In this document: in pieces, positions 35,061-49,110 of the stretch
Numbering within the stretch: position 1 is the stretch's first letter
Layout: each line of letters begins with the position of its first letter
From: Chiloscyllium plagiosum
Taxonomy: Eukaryota
NCBI RefSeq assembly: GCF_004010195.1
Contig: NC_057711.1
Location: 73,987,511-74,051,510 of the forward strand
Direction of reading: 5' to 3'
DNA: 64,000 bases
Translations under genes and position numbers: made by a program
The notes under the pieces: generated by a model
What the model was told of the DNA's origin: nothing
Database searches by the model: none
The model's input: the letters and a program-made list of their open reading frames with translations, nothing else

Positions 35061-37934
35061 GAACAGGTTCTGCTTATTAAGATGCTATGAGTTAGTGGTG
35101 TATTCAGTTCTTGAATTGTCCTATACTTTCTTAATTCCAACATCATATGAAATATAATAACACCATTTATGCAAATTTTGACTTGTTTTTTACATTTCCT
35201 GACTAATAGAGAATCCCTTCTCTTCCTGATGGATAACTTCCAATTGTGTAAACTGCAGCTTATAAAACTTCAGTTGGGCCAATGTAACCAATTTCTGTGG
35301 GTTCTGTGAACAGTCATGCATAGCATGGATGCCAAATGTCTCTTCTGCTTTAAACTGCCAAATAGGTGAAACAGCCCGGGATACAATTCTGAGGTGTTTC
35401 TCCTCCTGATTATTGATACACATGCTAACACTTCTTGGGCAATCTCATCTTGAGAAAGGAACATTGGGAAAATAAAAATCAATATAACAAACTCTGTTGC
35501 CTGTTAGACATGCATTTCTGCAGAACGTTGTTGCAGGAAGTTTCTGACATAATGTCCTCTGCAATCTTTTCCCCTGGTGATGGAGATTTGATTCAAGAGG
35601 CATTCCTGGCCTTGAAAGAAGATAATCTTGCTATCTACTATCTGCACTAGGTCCTACAATGCAGCATTGAAATACATGCATGTTGTTTTTAACCCGTTGT
35701 AACCATTTCAGCTCCTTGACAGTATTTCTTCTTGTCTGTGTACCTTCCCTTTATGACATATCTACCGACTTTAAATGGAATCAGAGACATTTTATTACTG
35801 TCCTCCTTAACAAAAATACAGCCAGGAAGCAGGAAGCGATCTTGGCTGAATGCCTGAAACATTTTATGAAGGTTCCAACACAAATTTATTGCATTAGATG
35901 AAACCATGTGACTGTACAGCTAGAGCTCACCCATTCCCAGTTTGTCCATTTCTGGAGATAATCAAATTTCTTGGCCATCATTCTAGTCTCTATTCACTGG
36001 GGCTGCCTAGAGTGATGCTAAACGCCTTCAGCCTCCAACTTAGAAGCAAGAATGCTACCACTGAGCCAAAGGCTCATTCCATGTTTACACTATATACCAA
36101 TCAAGATTCTGATTCGGCTTCTAAACATTCCAAAACTAGAGGGGATGAAGGCCAAAATCTTTTACTGTCTATATTTTTCCAATGTATTTATATTTCTACA
36201 GTTTGATTAATCATTTGGAAAGACACATTTAGCTCAGCCTAATGTTTTGCAATGTGAAATGAGTCATCTACAATATTCGTAATATAAAACAGAAGCAACT
36301 TGGTGCGAACAGGCACAAATGTTGAAACCCAGTGAAATACTGAAATTATGTTTTTTTCCATCTTTTAAAACATACATTATCAATTATTTATACCCAACTG
36401 ATAAAAAGACAGAAATTACCTTAGTAATAATAAAACTATTGCTTCTATTCAATTGAAATATGTAAACCATTTAAAATAGAAGTTATTTTAAATGAACCAT
36501 TTCAGTGAGCTATCAAGCTATTGCATCTCAATTGCACCATCTGTTTGTGATTATGTTTGAGTCAATGGATTTCAATCCAAGAAAGAACAAAAGCACTAGA
36601 TTATGATTAACATTTGCAGCACATTAAATAATGTGTTGTGGCAGTTGTGGAAAAGCTAAACCATGCAAACCAGGAGAGTGATTTTGTGAATTTTCCAAAA
36701 GGAAATGTGAAAATTCATTTTACTTTGCAATTTGTAATTTTAAAGTTTGCTTCTAACCAGCGTGTTTCATGTTGTGCTTTTCCTGCTATCTTTCTGCAAT
36801 AACAGATTCCCAAAATTCTGGACCAGTGATACTGGCATTGGCACTAGGAATCATCCTGCTTCTTGATCTGACTGAAATTTGCAGTATTAGGGCAAGGTCA
36901 GCTAATCTAAGCCATCCAGGCCAAGAAAGAAGGATAGCATTAATTAATTCCTCATGCATCTAAACTGTTAGCTAGGTATATTCCACCCATTATATCAAAT
37001 TATTGTTCAGGATATGGCTGATGGAAGTTCACTTCTGATTCGGACCTTACATACAATGACATTCTTGTTTGATGTTTCTCCCCAACGTAGGTATCAAGCA
37101 AACATGGAGGAGCTCAATGGAATTGATTACATCAGTTTTTCGAAAGGGTCATGACTTTTCAGAACTATAGCTTGTAAACTACTTTTGGCTTTGTTTGCTG
37201 ATTTGAACAAAATTTCCAATTGCAGGAGGTTGAGAACTGAATTCCAAACAATTGAATTCTAAAGGGTGAATTTCCATGGGATTCTGCTAATTGGTAGCCA
37301 AAGCTTTGGCGTAGATTTGGATAGAAGTGGAGTAGAATTTAGAATGGAAATTGAAGTAAAATGGAGTAAATGCTAGTTTTCCAGGATTTCGATGACTTCC
37401 TACTTATAGGATGTCAGGTGGCCAGAAGAACTCCCACAGATATTCAACTTTTAAGGCTCTATTTTGCAGCTTCTGCCCTGAAATTGCACTTTTGGATCTC
37501 TATTATCTTTAAGGCTGAGTGGATATGGAGATCAAGGAGGAAAGTGAAGTTAAGTGATGATCATGCGAGTGTGTACTGAATGTCTGAGCTGAGTCAAGGA
37601 ACTCTATGATTGGCACCTGCTTTTATTTCTTATGTTCTAGTGCTCCGGAGTCATACTCTGTGTTACTGCAGACACCACACCATGAGACTGCAACAAAGGC
37701 TTATATCATTAAAATAATACAGTTTCAGTAACCTATCTCATGGAGAGAGTATCTGCACATTTAACAGTCGAATCAAAATAATCGCTTCAGACAATGTTAT
37801 ATGGGATGCAATTTCATTACTGAAATCTTATTGGATAAAAGATATCCTGTTTCCTTGGCTCTGTTTAAGGGTTTAATTGGTGTACAGTGGTAGAGGAAAA
37901 CTTCTAAAGAGTTTTAACAAGAAGAGGATCCTTC

Positions 37935-40900
37935 TGAGAGTCATAGGGATGTACAGCACAGAAACAGACCCTTTGGTCCAATCCGTCCATGCCGACTAGA
38001 TATCCCAACCCAATCCAGTCCCACTTGCCAGCACCCGGACCATATCCCTCCAAACCCTTCCTATTCATATACCCATCCAAATGCCTTTTAAATGTTGCAG
38101 TTGTACTAGCCTCCACTACTTCCTCTGGCAGCTCATTCCATACATGTCTCACATTCTGCATGAAAAAGTTGCCCCTTAGGTCTCTTTTATATCTTTCCCC
38201 TCTCACCCTAAACCTATGACCGCAGGTAAAAGAGTTTGTCTATTTATCCTATTCCTGCCCCTCATGATTTTGTAAACCTCTATAAGATCACGCCTCGGCC
38301 TCTGATGCTCCACGGAAAACAGCCCCAGCCTGTTCAGCCTCTCCCTATTGTTCAAATCCTCCAACCCTGGCAACATCCTTGTAAATCTTTTCTGAAACCT
38401 TTCACATTTCACAAAATCTTTCCGATAGGAAGGGGACCAGAATTGCATGCAATATTCTAACAGCATACCAATGTCCTCCCAACATGACTTCCCAACTCCA
38501 GTACTCAATACTCTGACCAACAAAGGAAAACATACCAAAAGCCTTCTTCACTACCCTATCTACCTGCAGCTCCACTTTCAAGGAGCTATGAACCTATATT
38601 CCAGAGATCTCTTTGTTCAGCAACACTCCCTAGGACCTTACCATTAAGTGTATAAGTCCTGCTTAGATTTGCTTTCCCAAAATGCAGCAAATCGCATTTA
38701 TCTGAATTAAATTCCATCTGCCACTTCTCAGCCCATTGGCCTGTCTGATCAAGATCCCGTTGCAATCTGTGGTAACCTTCTTCGCTGTCCACTACACCTC
38801 CAATTTTGGTGTCGCCTGCAAACTTACTAACTATACCTCCGATGTTCACATCCAATTCATTTATATTAATGGTGAAAAGTAGTGGACCCAGCACTGTTCG
38901 TTGTGGCACTCCACTAGTCACAGACCTCCCGTCTGAAAAACAACTCTCCATCACCACCTACCTTTAAGCCAGTTCTGTATCCAAATGGTTAGTTCTCCCT
39001 GCAATCCGTGAGATCTAAACTTGCTAATCAATCTCCCATGGGGAATCTTGTCAAATGCCTTACTGAAGTCCATATAGATCACATCAATTATTCTGCCCTC
39101 ATCAATTCTCATTGTTACTTCTTGAAAAAAACTCAATCAAGTTTGTGAGACATGATTTCCTACGCACAAAGCCATGTTGACTATCCCTAATCTGTCCTTG
39201 CCTTTCCAAATACATGTTTATCCTGTCCCTCAGGATTTCCTCCAACAACTTGCCCACCACGTCAGGCTCACCGGTTTATAGTTCCTGGCTTCTCCTTACC
39301 ATCTTTCTTAAACAGTGGTACCATACTGGCCAACCTCCAGTCTTCTGGCACCTCACCTGTGACTATCGAAGATACAAATATTTCAGTAAGAGGCCCAGCA
39401 ATCACTTCCTTAGCCTCCCACAGAGTTCTAGGGTATGCCTGATCAGGTCCTGGGGATTTATCCACCTTTCAAGACATCCAGCACTTCCTCCTCTGTAATA
39501 CGGACATTTTTCAAGATGTCACCATCTATTTTCCTCCATTCTATATCTTCCATGTCCTTTTCCACAGTAAATACTGATGCAAAATACTCGTTTGAGTATC
39601 TCCCCCATTTTCTGTGGCTCCACACAAAGGTTGCCTTGCTGCTTTTTGAGAGGCCCTAATCTCTCCTTACCCTCTTGTCTTTAATGCATTTGTAAAGACC
39701 CTTTGGATTCTCCTTAACTCTATTTGTCAAAGCTATCTTATTTCCGCTTTTTGACCTCTTGATTTCCTTCTTAAGTATACTCCTACTGCCTTTATACTCT
39801 TCTAAGGATTCACTCAATCTATCCTGTCTATACCTGACATATGCTTCCTTCTTTTTCTTAACCAAACCCTCAATTTCTTTAGTCATCCAGTATTCCCTAT
39901 ATCAGCTAGACTTCCCTTTCACCCTAACAGGAAAATACTTTCTTTGGACTCTCGTTATCTCATTTCTGAAGGCTTCCCATTTTCCAGCCATCCCTTTACC
40001 TGTGAACATTTGCCCCCAATCAGCTTTTGAAAGTTCTTGCCTAATACCGTCAAAATTGGCCTTCCTCCAATTTAGAACTTCAACTTTTAGATCTGGTCTG
40101 TCCTTTTCCTTCACTATTTTAAAACTAATAGAATTATGGTCACTGGCCCCAAGTGTTTCCCTACTGACAACTAAGTCACCTGCCCTGCCTTATTTCCCAA
40201 GGGTAGGTCAAGTTTTGCACCTTCTCTCGTAGGTACATCCACATACTGAATCAGAAAATTTTCTTGTACACACTTAACAAATTCCTCTCCATCTAAACCC
40301 TCAACACTATGGCTGTCCCAGTCTATATTTGGAAAGTTAAAATCCCCTACCATAACCACCCTATTATTCTCACAGATGGCTGAGATCTCCTTACAAATTT
40401 GTTTCTCAATTTATCTCTGACTATTAGGGGGTCTATAATACAATCCCAACAAGGTGATCATCCCTTTCTTATTACTCAGTTCCACCCAAATAACTTCCCT
40501 CGATGTATTTCTGGGAATATCCTCCCTCAGCACAGCTGTAATGCTATCCCTTATCAAAAATGCCATTCCCCTCCTGTCTTGCCTCCCTTCCTATCCTTCC
40601 TGTAGCATTTGTATCCTGGAACATTAAGCTGCCAGTCCTGTCCATCCCTGAGTCACGTTTCAGTAATTGCTATGATATCCCAGTCCCATGTTCCTAACCA
40701 TGCCCTGAGTTCATCTGCCTTCCCTGTTAGGCCCCTCGCATTGATATACATGCAGTTTAATTTATCAGTCCTACCTTGTTCTCTGCTTTGTCCCTGCCTG
40801 CCCTGACTGTTTGACTCAACTGTACCAGTCTCAGATTGATCTCTATCCTCACTATCATCCTGGATCCCACCACATCCACAGATTAATCTCTTTCCTCACT

Positions 40901-41653
40901 ATCTTCCTGAGTTTCAATCCCCCAATCTTACTAGTATAAATCCTCCCGAGCAGCTCTAGCAAATTTCCCTGCCAGTACGTTAGTTCCCTTCCAATTCAGG
41001 TGCAATCCATCCTTCTTGTACAGGCCACTTCTACCCCAAAAGAGATTCCAATGATCCAAAAATGTGAATCTTTCTCCCATATGCCAGCTCCTCATCCATG
41101 CCTTCATCTGCTCTATCCTCCTATTCCTACCCTCACTCGCTCATAGCACCGGGAGTAATCCAGATATTACTACTCTCAAGGACCTCCTTTTTAAATTCTT
41201 GCCTAACTCTCCGTAATCTCCCTTCAGAATCTCATCCTCTTCCCTTCCTATGTCATTGGTTCCAATGTATACAATGACTTCCTGCTGGCCCCTCTCCCCC
41301 TTGAGATCATTCTGCACCCTCTCTGAGACATCTTTGATCCTAGCACCAGGGAAGCAACACACCATTCTGCTTTTTCGCTGCTGGCCACAGAAACGTCTGT
41401 CTGTACTTCGGACTAGAGAATCCCCTAACACAATTGATCTTGTGGAACCTGACGTCCCCCTCGTTGCATTAGAGCCAGTCTTGATACCAGAAACTTGGCT
41501 GTGCGTGCTACGTTCCCCTGAGAATCCATCACCCCCTACATTTTCCAAAACAGCATACCTGTTTGAAATGGGGATAGCCACAGAGGACTCCTTCACTAAC
41601 TGCCTATCTCTATTCCCTTTCCTGGAGTTAACCCATTTATTTGACTGAATCAA
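37935..41653 (-). mobile_element. Near-complete CR1 LINE: ORF1 SGNH-esterase part, ORF2 endonuclease + RT, 3' tail; decayed
   Basis: ORF1 IVLGDSLVR/CFPGA/IGTND (41141-41653); endonuclease MVGDFNFPNIDW; DKSPGPD; YMDFSKAFDKIPH; GVPQ; KFAGD; (GACTCT) tail at 37935. Confidence 0.95.
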
Positions 41654-42757
41654 ATACAGCAGTAAACCCGCACAGCTGTCTGACCCAGTGAGAACCTGGA
41701 CAGCTATATACCTCTGCTGTTTGGTTTCAAGTATCTCTGGACATCAAACTTTGTATAAGAACAATTAACAAACAGTGAAATTCACAGCTGACTTTGGGGA
41801 AACCTTTGTTGGGGAGCTTAAAACAGGGGAGCAGCTAAGTGACTAGTTTTTAAGTGTACCCTTATTGTTTTTTGTAAACCTACAATAGTGAGTAGAGTGA
41901 GTTCTTTTCTGATTATATCTTTTTATTAAGATTTGCCTCTTGATTAAAAATATAGGTACTAAATTAGCCTGGAGAAGTGTAATTAGAGCAGTAAGACTGT
42001 GCTATTTACTGGGTGTGTAGATTGCTAAGGTGCAAAGATGGACTTTAGTAGAGTGATGTGTTCTTCCTGTCAGATGTGGGAGATGTGGGAGATTTGGGAG
42101 AGCTTCCATGTTACTGATGATTACGTCTGCAGGAAGTGTGTTTGGTTGCAAAACGGATCAGTTGGAGTGGCATTTAGAGACAATGAGAAATTTACAGGAG
42201 CTAGGGAATGTGATGGATGCCAGTTGCACGAGGGGGATAAACTAAAGATACAGTCAGGTAGATGGGTTACCTCCAGGAAAGGTAGGAGAGGAAGGCAGGT
42301 AATGGCGGGGGTCTGCCGTGGCTATCCCCATTTCAAACAAGTATGTTGTTTTGGAAAACGTAAGGGGTGATGGATCCTCATGGGAATGTAGGACTGACAG
42401 CCAAGTTTCTGATACTGACACTGGCTCTTATGTACTGGGGTGTACACTAGGTTCCAAGCGATTGATTGCGATAGGGGATTCTCTAGTCAAGGGCACAGAC
42501 AGACGTTTCTGATGCCGACAGTGAGACATCAGAATGGTATGTTGCCTTCCTGGAGCCAGGATCAAAGATATCTCAGGGAGAGTGCAGAATATTCTCAAAG
42601 CGGAGAGGGACCAGAAGGAGGTCACTGTGCATATTGGAACTAATGACACAGGACGAGAAAAAGAGATTCTGAGGAGAGTCCAGAGGAATTCTACAAATAC
42701 ATTAAGAGCAAAAAGGTAACTAGGAAGAGACTAGGACCCCTCAACGGATCAGCAAGG

Positions 42758-45308
42758 CCACCTATGTGTGGAGTTGCAGGAGATCGAAGAGATACTAAGC
42801 AAGTATTCTGCATCAGTGTTTACTGTAGAGAAGGATATGGAAGATAGAGAATGTAGGAAATTAATAGCGACATCTTGCAAAATGTCCAGATTACAGAGGA
42901 GGAAGTGCTGGATGTCTTGAAACGGGTAAAGGTGGATAAATCCCCAGGACCTGATCAGGTGTACACTAGAATTCTGTAGGTAGCTAGGGAAGTGATTGCT
43001 GGGCCTCTTGCTGAGATATTTGTGTCATCGATAGTCACAGGTGAAGTGCTGGAAGATCGGAGGTTGGCAAATGTGGTGCCACTATTTAAGAAAGGTGTTA
43101 AGGAAAAGCTAGAGAACTATAGATCGGTGTGCCTGACATCAGTAGCGGGCAGGTTGTTGGAGGGAATCCTGCAGGACAAGACTTAGATGTATTGGAAAGA
43201 TAAGGACTGTTTAGAGAGAGTCAACATGGCTTTGTGCACGGGATATCATGTCACACTAACTTGATTGAGTTTTTGAAGGAGTAACAAAGAGGATTGATTC
43301 AATCAGAGCAGTGGATGTGATCCATGTGGACTTCAGTAAAGCGTTTGACAAGGTTCTTCATGGTAGTTTGGTTAGCAAGGTTATTAAATCACATGGAATC
43401 CAGGGAGAACTAGCCATTTGGATACAGAACTAGCTCGAGCAAAGAAGACATAGGGTTGGGGTCAAAGGTTGTTTTTCAGAGTGGAGGCCACAAGGATCGG
43501 TGCTGGGTGCACTGCCTTTCATCATTTATATAAATGATTTGGATGTGAACTTTGGAGGTATGGTCAGTAACTTTGCAGATGAGACTAAAATTGGAGGTGT
43601 AGTGGACAACAAAGAAGGCTATCTCAGAGTACAACAGGATCGCGATCAGATGGGCCAGTGGGTTGAGGAGTGACAAATGGAGTTTAATTTAGATAAATGT
43701 GAAGTGCTGCACTTTGGAAAGGTAAGTCAGGGCAGGACTTATACACTTAATGGTAAGGTCCTTGGGATTGTTGCTGAACAAAGAGACCTCGGAGTGCAAG
43801 TTCATAGTTCCTTGAAGGTGGAGTTGCAGGTAGATAGGATAGTGAAGAGAACATTTGGTATGCTTGCCTTTATTGGTCAGTGCATTGAGTTTAGGAGTTG
43901 GGAACTCATGTTAGGGCTACACAAGAGGTTGGTCAGGCTACATTTAGAATACAGCATGCAATTCTGCTCTCCCTGCTATAGGAAAGATGTTGTGAAACTT
44001 GAAAGGGTTCAGAAAAGATTTACAAGGATGTTCCACCTATGTGTGGAGTTGCAGGAGATCGAAGAGATACTAAGCAAGTATTCTGCATCAGTGTTTACTG
44101 TAGAGAAGGATATGGAAGATAGAGAACGTAGGAAATTAATAGCGACATCTTGCAAAATGTCCAGATTACAGAGGAGGAAGTGCTGGATATCTTGAAATGG
44201 GTAAAGGTGGATAAATCCCCAGGACCTGATCAGGTGTACGCTAGAATTCTGTAGGCAGCTAGGGAAGTGATTGCTGGGCCTCTTGCTGAGATATTTGTGT
44301 CATTGATAGTCACAGGTGAAGTGCTGGAAGATCGGAGGTTGGCAAACGTGGTGCCACTATTTAAGAAAGGTGTTAAGGAAAAGCTAGAGAGCTATAGATC
44401 GGTGTGCCTGACATCAGTAGCGGGCAGGTTGTTGGAGGGAATCCTGCAGGACAAGACTTAGATTTATTTGAAAAGATAAGGACTGTTTAGAGAGAGACAA
44501 CATGACTTTGTGCACAGGATATCATGTCACACTAACTTGATTGAGTTTTTGAAGGAGTAACAAAGAGGATTGATTCAGTCAGAGCAGTGGATGTGATCCA
44601 TGTGGACTTCAGTAAAGCGTTTGACAAGGTTCCTCATGGTAGTTTGGTTAGCAAGGTTATTAAATCACATGGAATCCGAGGAGAACTAGCCATTTGGATA
44701 CAGAACTAGCTCGAGCATAGAAGACATAGGGTTGGGGTCAAGGGTTGTTTTTCAGAGTGGAGGCCACAAGGATCGGTGCTGGGTGCACTGCCTTTCATCA
44801 TTTATGTAAATGATTTGGATGTGAACATAGGAGGTATGGTCAGTAACTTTGCAGATGAGACTAAAATTGGAGGTGTAGTGGACAACAAAGAAGGTTATCT
44901 CAGAGTACAACAGGATCTTGATCAGATGGGCCGGTGGGCTGAGGAGTGACAAATGGAGTTTAATTTAGATAAATGTGAAGTGATGCACTTTGTAAAGGCA
45001 AGTCAGGGCAGGACTTATACACTTAATGGTAATGTCCTCAGGATCGTTGCTGAACAAAGAGACCTCGGAGTGCAAGTTCATAGTTCCTTGAAGGTGGAGT
45101 TGCAGGTAGATAGGATAGTGAAGAGGACATTTGGTATGCTTGCCTTTATTGATCAGTGCATTGAGTTTAGGAGTTGGGAACTCATGTTGGGGCTACACAA
45201 GAGGTTGGTCAGGCTACATTTAGAATACAGCATGCAATTCTGCTCTTCCTGCTATAGGAAAGATGTTGTGAAACTTGAAAGGGTTCAGAAAAGATTTACA
45301 AGGATGTT
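42758..45308 (+). repeat. ~1275-bp tandem duplication within CR1 ORF2
   Basis: Copy 1 is 42758-44032 and copy 2 is 44033-45308. Both start ccacctatgtgtggagttgcagg and share the same stops and deletions. Confidence 0.95.
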
Positions 45309-45477
45309 ACCAGGGTTGGAAGGTTTGAGCTATAGGGAGAGGCCGAATAGGCCTCAACTATTTTCCCTGGATCATCGGAGACAGAGGGGTGACCTTATAG
45401 ATGTTTATAAAATCATGAGGGGCATGGATAGGGTGTCTAGCCAGGGTCTTTTCCCTGGGTTGGGGGAGTCCAAAACT

Positions 45478-46553
45478 GGAACAAACAGCCCTCCCACAAA
45501 TCTAACCCAAATTTTGGATCAGGTAAGTGGATGACACTTTTGTAATAATTAAAAGAACAGGGATTGATAGCACACACCAGATTATCAACACCATGCTCAC
45601 AGGGATCAAATTTATGAGACACGAGGAAATTCACAACCAACTCCCATCCCTAAATGTGATGGTAGGAAGAAGAAAATGGAGAATGCACAACCAAGTGTAC
45701 AGAAAAGCCACATACAAGGACCAGATCCTGAATTATAACAGCAACCACCTAAACACACACAAGAGACGCTGCATTAGGACTCTGTTAAAAAGGGCTACAA
45801 CATACTGCAGCACTCTAGACCTATGAAAAGAAGAAGAACACTTCTACAAAGTCTTTGCCAAGAATGGGTATCCCCACAACTTCATCCACAGATGCCTGGC
45901 AGATAAACAACCCAATGAGGATACGCCACAACCCAACACATTAACTGCTGTAGTTTATATAAAAAACATCTCAGAACTGACAGCCAGATTTCACCAAATA
46001 CTTAGATTCATGACAGCCCATAAACTGACAGCCACACTCAGACAACAACTCACTAGAACAAAAGACCCAATACCCAACATGTGCAGGGCAAACGTGGTGT
46101 GCAAGGTTCCATTCAGAGACTACACAAAACAATATATATAGGACAAACAGGCAGACAACTAGCGATCCACATTCATGAACATCAACTAGCCACTAAATGG
46201 CACGACTAGCTATCCCTAGTATCTATATACATAAACGACAAGGACCACAAATTTGACCTGGACAACACAACAATAATAGGACAATAAGAGGAATGCCAGA
46301 GAATTCGTAGAAGCTTGGCACTCCACAGACACCATCAGTAAACACATTGACTAGACCCAATATACCGACCACTGCACTGAACAACTGGGACCAGCAACTG
46401 GAAGCAACAGAAATAAAACCAAATAAATTCCAACTGACACAGTACAGCAGCTCTTCACAGGAGGCTCCACGGCACTGACGATGTCACCGAGAGAGGGGAC
46501 AAAATGCCTGCAAACCAAATGCCCAGCTCAGTGAACAAACTCACAACAATTGC
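45478..46553 (+). mobile_element. 5'-truncated Penelope-like element (RT C-terminus + GIY-YIG) of a second family, inserted in CR1 with 11-bp TSD
   Basis: VDDTFVII, VYRKAT..DQILNYNSNH, NVV.K.P and YIGQTGRQL..RIHEH-like motifs. TSD agtccaaaact at 45467-45477 and 46554-46564. Confidence 0.9.
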
Positions 46554-46839
46554 AGTCCAAAACTAAGGGGAACAGGTTTAAGGTGAGAGAGGGGAGTTTT
46601 AAAAGGGACCTGAGAGGTAACTTTCTCATGCAGAAGATGATGTGTGTTTTGAACGAGTTGTCAGAGGGAGTGATGGAAACTGATCCATTACAACACCAAA
46701 ATGTAGAACATTACTATGTATCAGGAAATGTAAATGTCCCAAGTTGAACCTAGGGACTCCACTGGAAATATTTCTCCAGCCTGAAAAATATCCATTGACC
46801 GTTACTCTGTCTTCTAGCACTTGTCAGGTAGATGCCAGA

Positions 46840-49110
46840 GTTGTAGACGTAGCTTGGCGAGAGGTACAGTACGTTCTGGAGACGTTGTCTTTATTTCATT
46901 GCCAGTATGTTATCAGGGCCTATATCATTTTCAGTATCCAGTGCATTAGCCTTTTTTTGATATCAACGTGGAAAGAACAAAACTGAATGAAAACTGGCAT
47001 CTGTGATGCTGGAACTCTGGAGGAGGCCAAGATGGATCACCCAATCAATACTTCTGGCTAAAAGCTTTTGCAAATGCTTCAGCCTTATCTTTCTCACTGA
47101 TGTGTTGGCTCCCTCATTATTGAGAATAGGGATGTTTCTGTACACTCCACCTCCTTCAATGAGTTGTTTAATTGCCACTACTATTCACAGCTGGATGTTT
47201 CACAAGACCAGAGCTTAGATCTGACCAATTTGTTTTGCTATGATCTGTTGATCACTTGCAGCTTGGCTTGCAAATAATCCTATTTGGTTGTTTCATCAAA
47301 TTGTCACCTCATTTTTAGGTATGGCCAATGCATCTCCTGGCATGCCCTCCTGCACTCTCCATTGAACCAAGGTTGATTCCCTGGCCTGATAGAAACATAC
47401 AAGATACAAATAGGAGTTGGCTATTTGACCCTTTGAGCCTACTCTGCTACTTTTATGATTACAATTGATTATCAAGCTCAAGATTTTAAATCCACATTCC
47501 CCCCATATCCCTTGATCCCTTCAGCCATAAGATCGATATCTACCTCCTTGAAAACACAATCTTTTGACTTCAATCACTTTATGTAGCAGCAAATACCACG
47601 CATTCATGACAATCTAAAGGAAGGAATTTCTCCTCATCTCAGTCCTACCTCTTATTGTTAAACTATGACCCCTAGTTCCGGACTCTCACACCATTGGGAA
47701 CATCCTTCCTGTATCTAACCTGTCTAGTCCTGTTAGAATTTGATAGGTTGCTATAAGATCCCGCTCCCCTCATTCTTCTGAACTCCAGTGAATACGATCC
47801 TAACCAGTTCAATCTCTCCTCACAGACCAGTCTTACCGTCCCAGGAATTAATATGGTAAACCTATTCTGCACTTCCTCTGTAGCAAGAACACCCGTCCTC
47901 AGATGAGACCAAAACTGCGCACAATATTCCAGGTGTGGCCTCACCAATGCCTTGTATAATTGCAACAAGACATCCTTATTTCTGTAATCAAATCCTCTAG
48001 GTATGAAGGCCAACATGCAGTGCGCCTTCTTTATTGCCAGCTGTACCCCCACACTTACTTTCAGTGACTGATACATGAGGATACCCAGGTCATGTTAAAC
48101 ACTCGCACCCTCTCAATTCAATTAATAATCAGCTTTCTTATTTTTGCCACCGAAGTGGATAATCTCAAAATTATCCACATTATACTGCATTTGCACACTC
48201 ACTCAGCCTATCTAAATCACACTGCAATCTCCCCACAATTCATGGACAGATGCATTGGCAATAAGTAGATTGATGAGCATGAGATCTCAAATTTAGTTCC
48301 TTTTCTATCTGCTGCAGGCTCAGTCTAGCAATGATGTCCTTTAAGGCTAAAAGCATGATCAATAGGGTGCTGCTGAGCCACTCTTCATTGTGGACAGTGA
48401 AGTCCCAGCAAGAGGGGACTATATTCTACCCTCTTCCTTCCTCCTCAGTGCTTCCTCCAAATGCTGTTCAGCGTGGAGGAGTAATAATTCATCACCTGAG
48501 GGGAGGAGGTACATGTTAATCAGCAGGAGGTTTCCTTTCCTATGTTTGACCTGATGCTAAGTGACGACTTGTGGACTGGAGCCAATATTGAGGATTCCCT
48601 CCTGTACACCACTGTGCTATCCAAGCTGCTGGCTCTGTCCTGCTGGTGGGACAGGCCGTAATCATGGTTGGTGATGGCATTATCTGGGATAAGTGTGTAG
48701 TACTGCCAGGCTACTGCTTGACTAGTCTATAAGACAGCTGTTCCAATTTTGGCACGAGCACGGAGAGCTTTGAAGAGCTGACAGGACCAAGTTTGCTGCT
48801 GCTGCTGCTTCTGATGCCTCTGTCAATGCTAAGTGGTCCATGTGATTTCATTTTGTTTTGCACTTTTTGGCAATTGATAGAACTAAGTGGCTTACTGGGC
48901 CATTTCAGATGACAGTTCAAAGTCAAATACATTACTCACAGTACATCTGGAGGCATATGTAGGCCAGACCAAGCAAGGGCAAGCAGCCTTTCCTTCCTTA
49001 ATAAACATCAGTGAACCATAAGTTTTTTGAGAACAATTGGCAGTGGTTTTCATGGTCATCATTAGAATGCTAATTTCAGATTTTTATTGAATTAAATTCC
49101 ATTAGCTGAC
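46840..49110 (-). mobile_element. Second-family (L2/CR1-clade) LINE remnant interrupted by a CR1 3' fragment (~47390-48235)
   Basis: Homologous to 17085-18100 (IKQL.GGG...NIPILN). The nested CR1 is shown by ORF 47672..48076 (LQLYKALVRPHLEYCAQFWS). Confidence 0.75.

Larger units (their letters stand above)
41660..46700 (+). mobile_element. CR1 LINE with 5' UTR, ORF1 (zinc finger + esterase), large internal deletion, internal tandem duplication and nested PLE
   Basis: VMCSSC...YVCRKC at 42038 and AIGDSLV/LPGA/HIGTND. The sequence jumps to ORF2 at ~42680 with the endonuclease missing. RT is duplicated, and the 3' part resumes at 46554. Confidence 0.9.
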
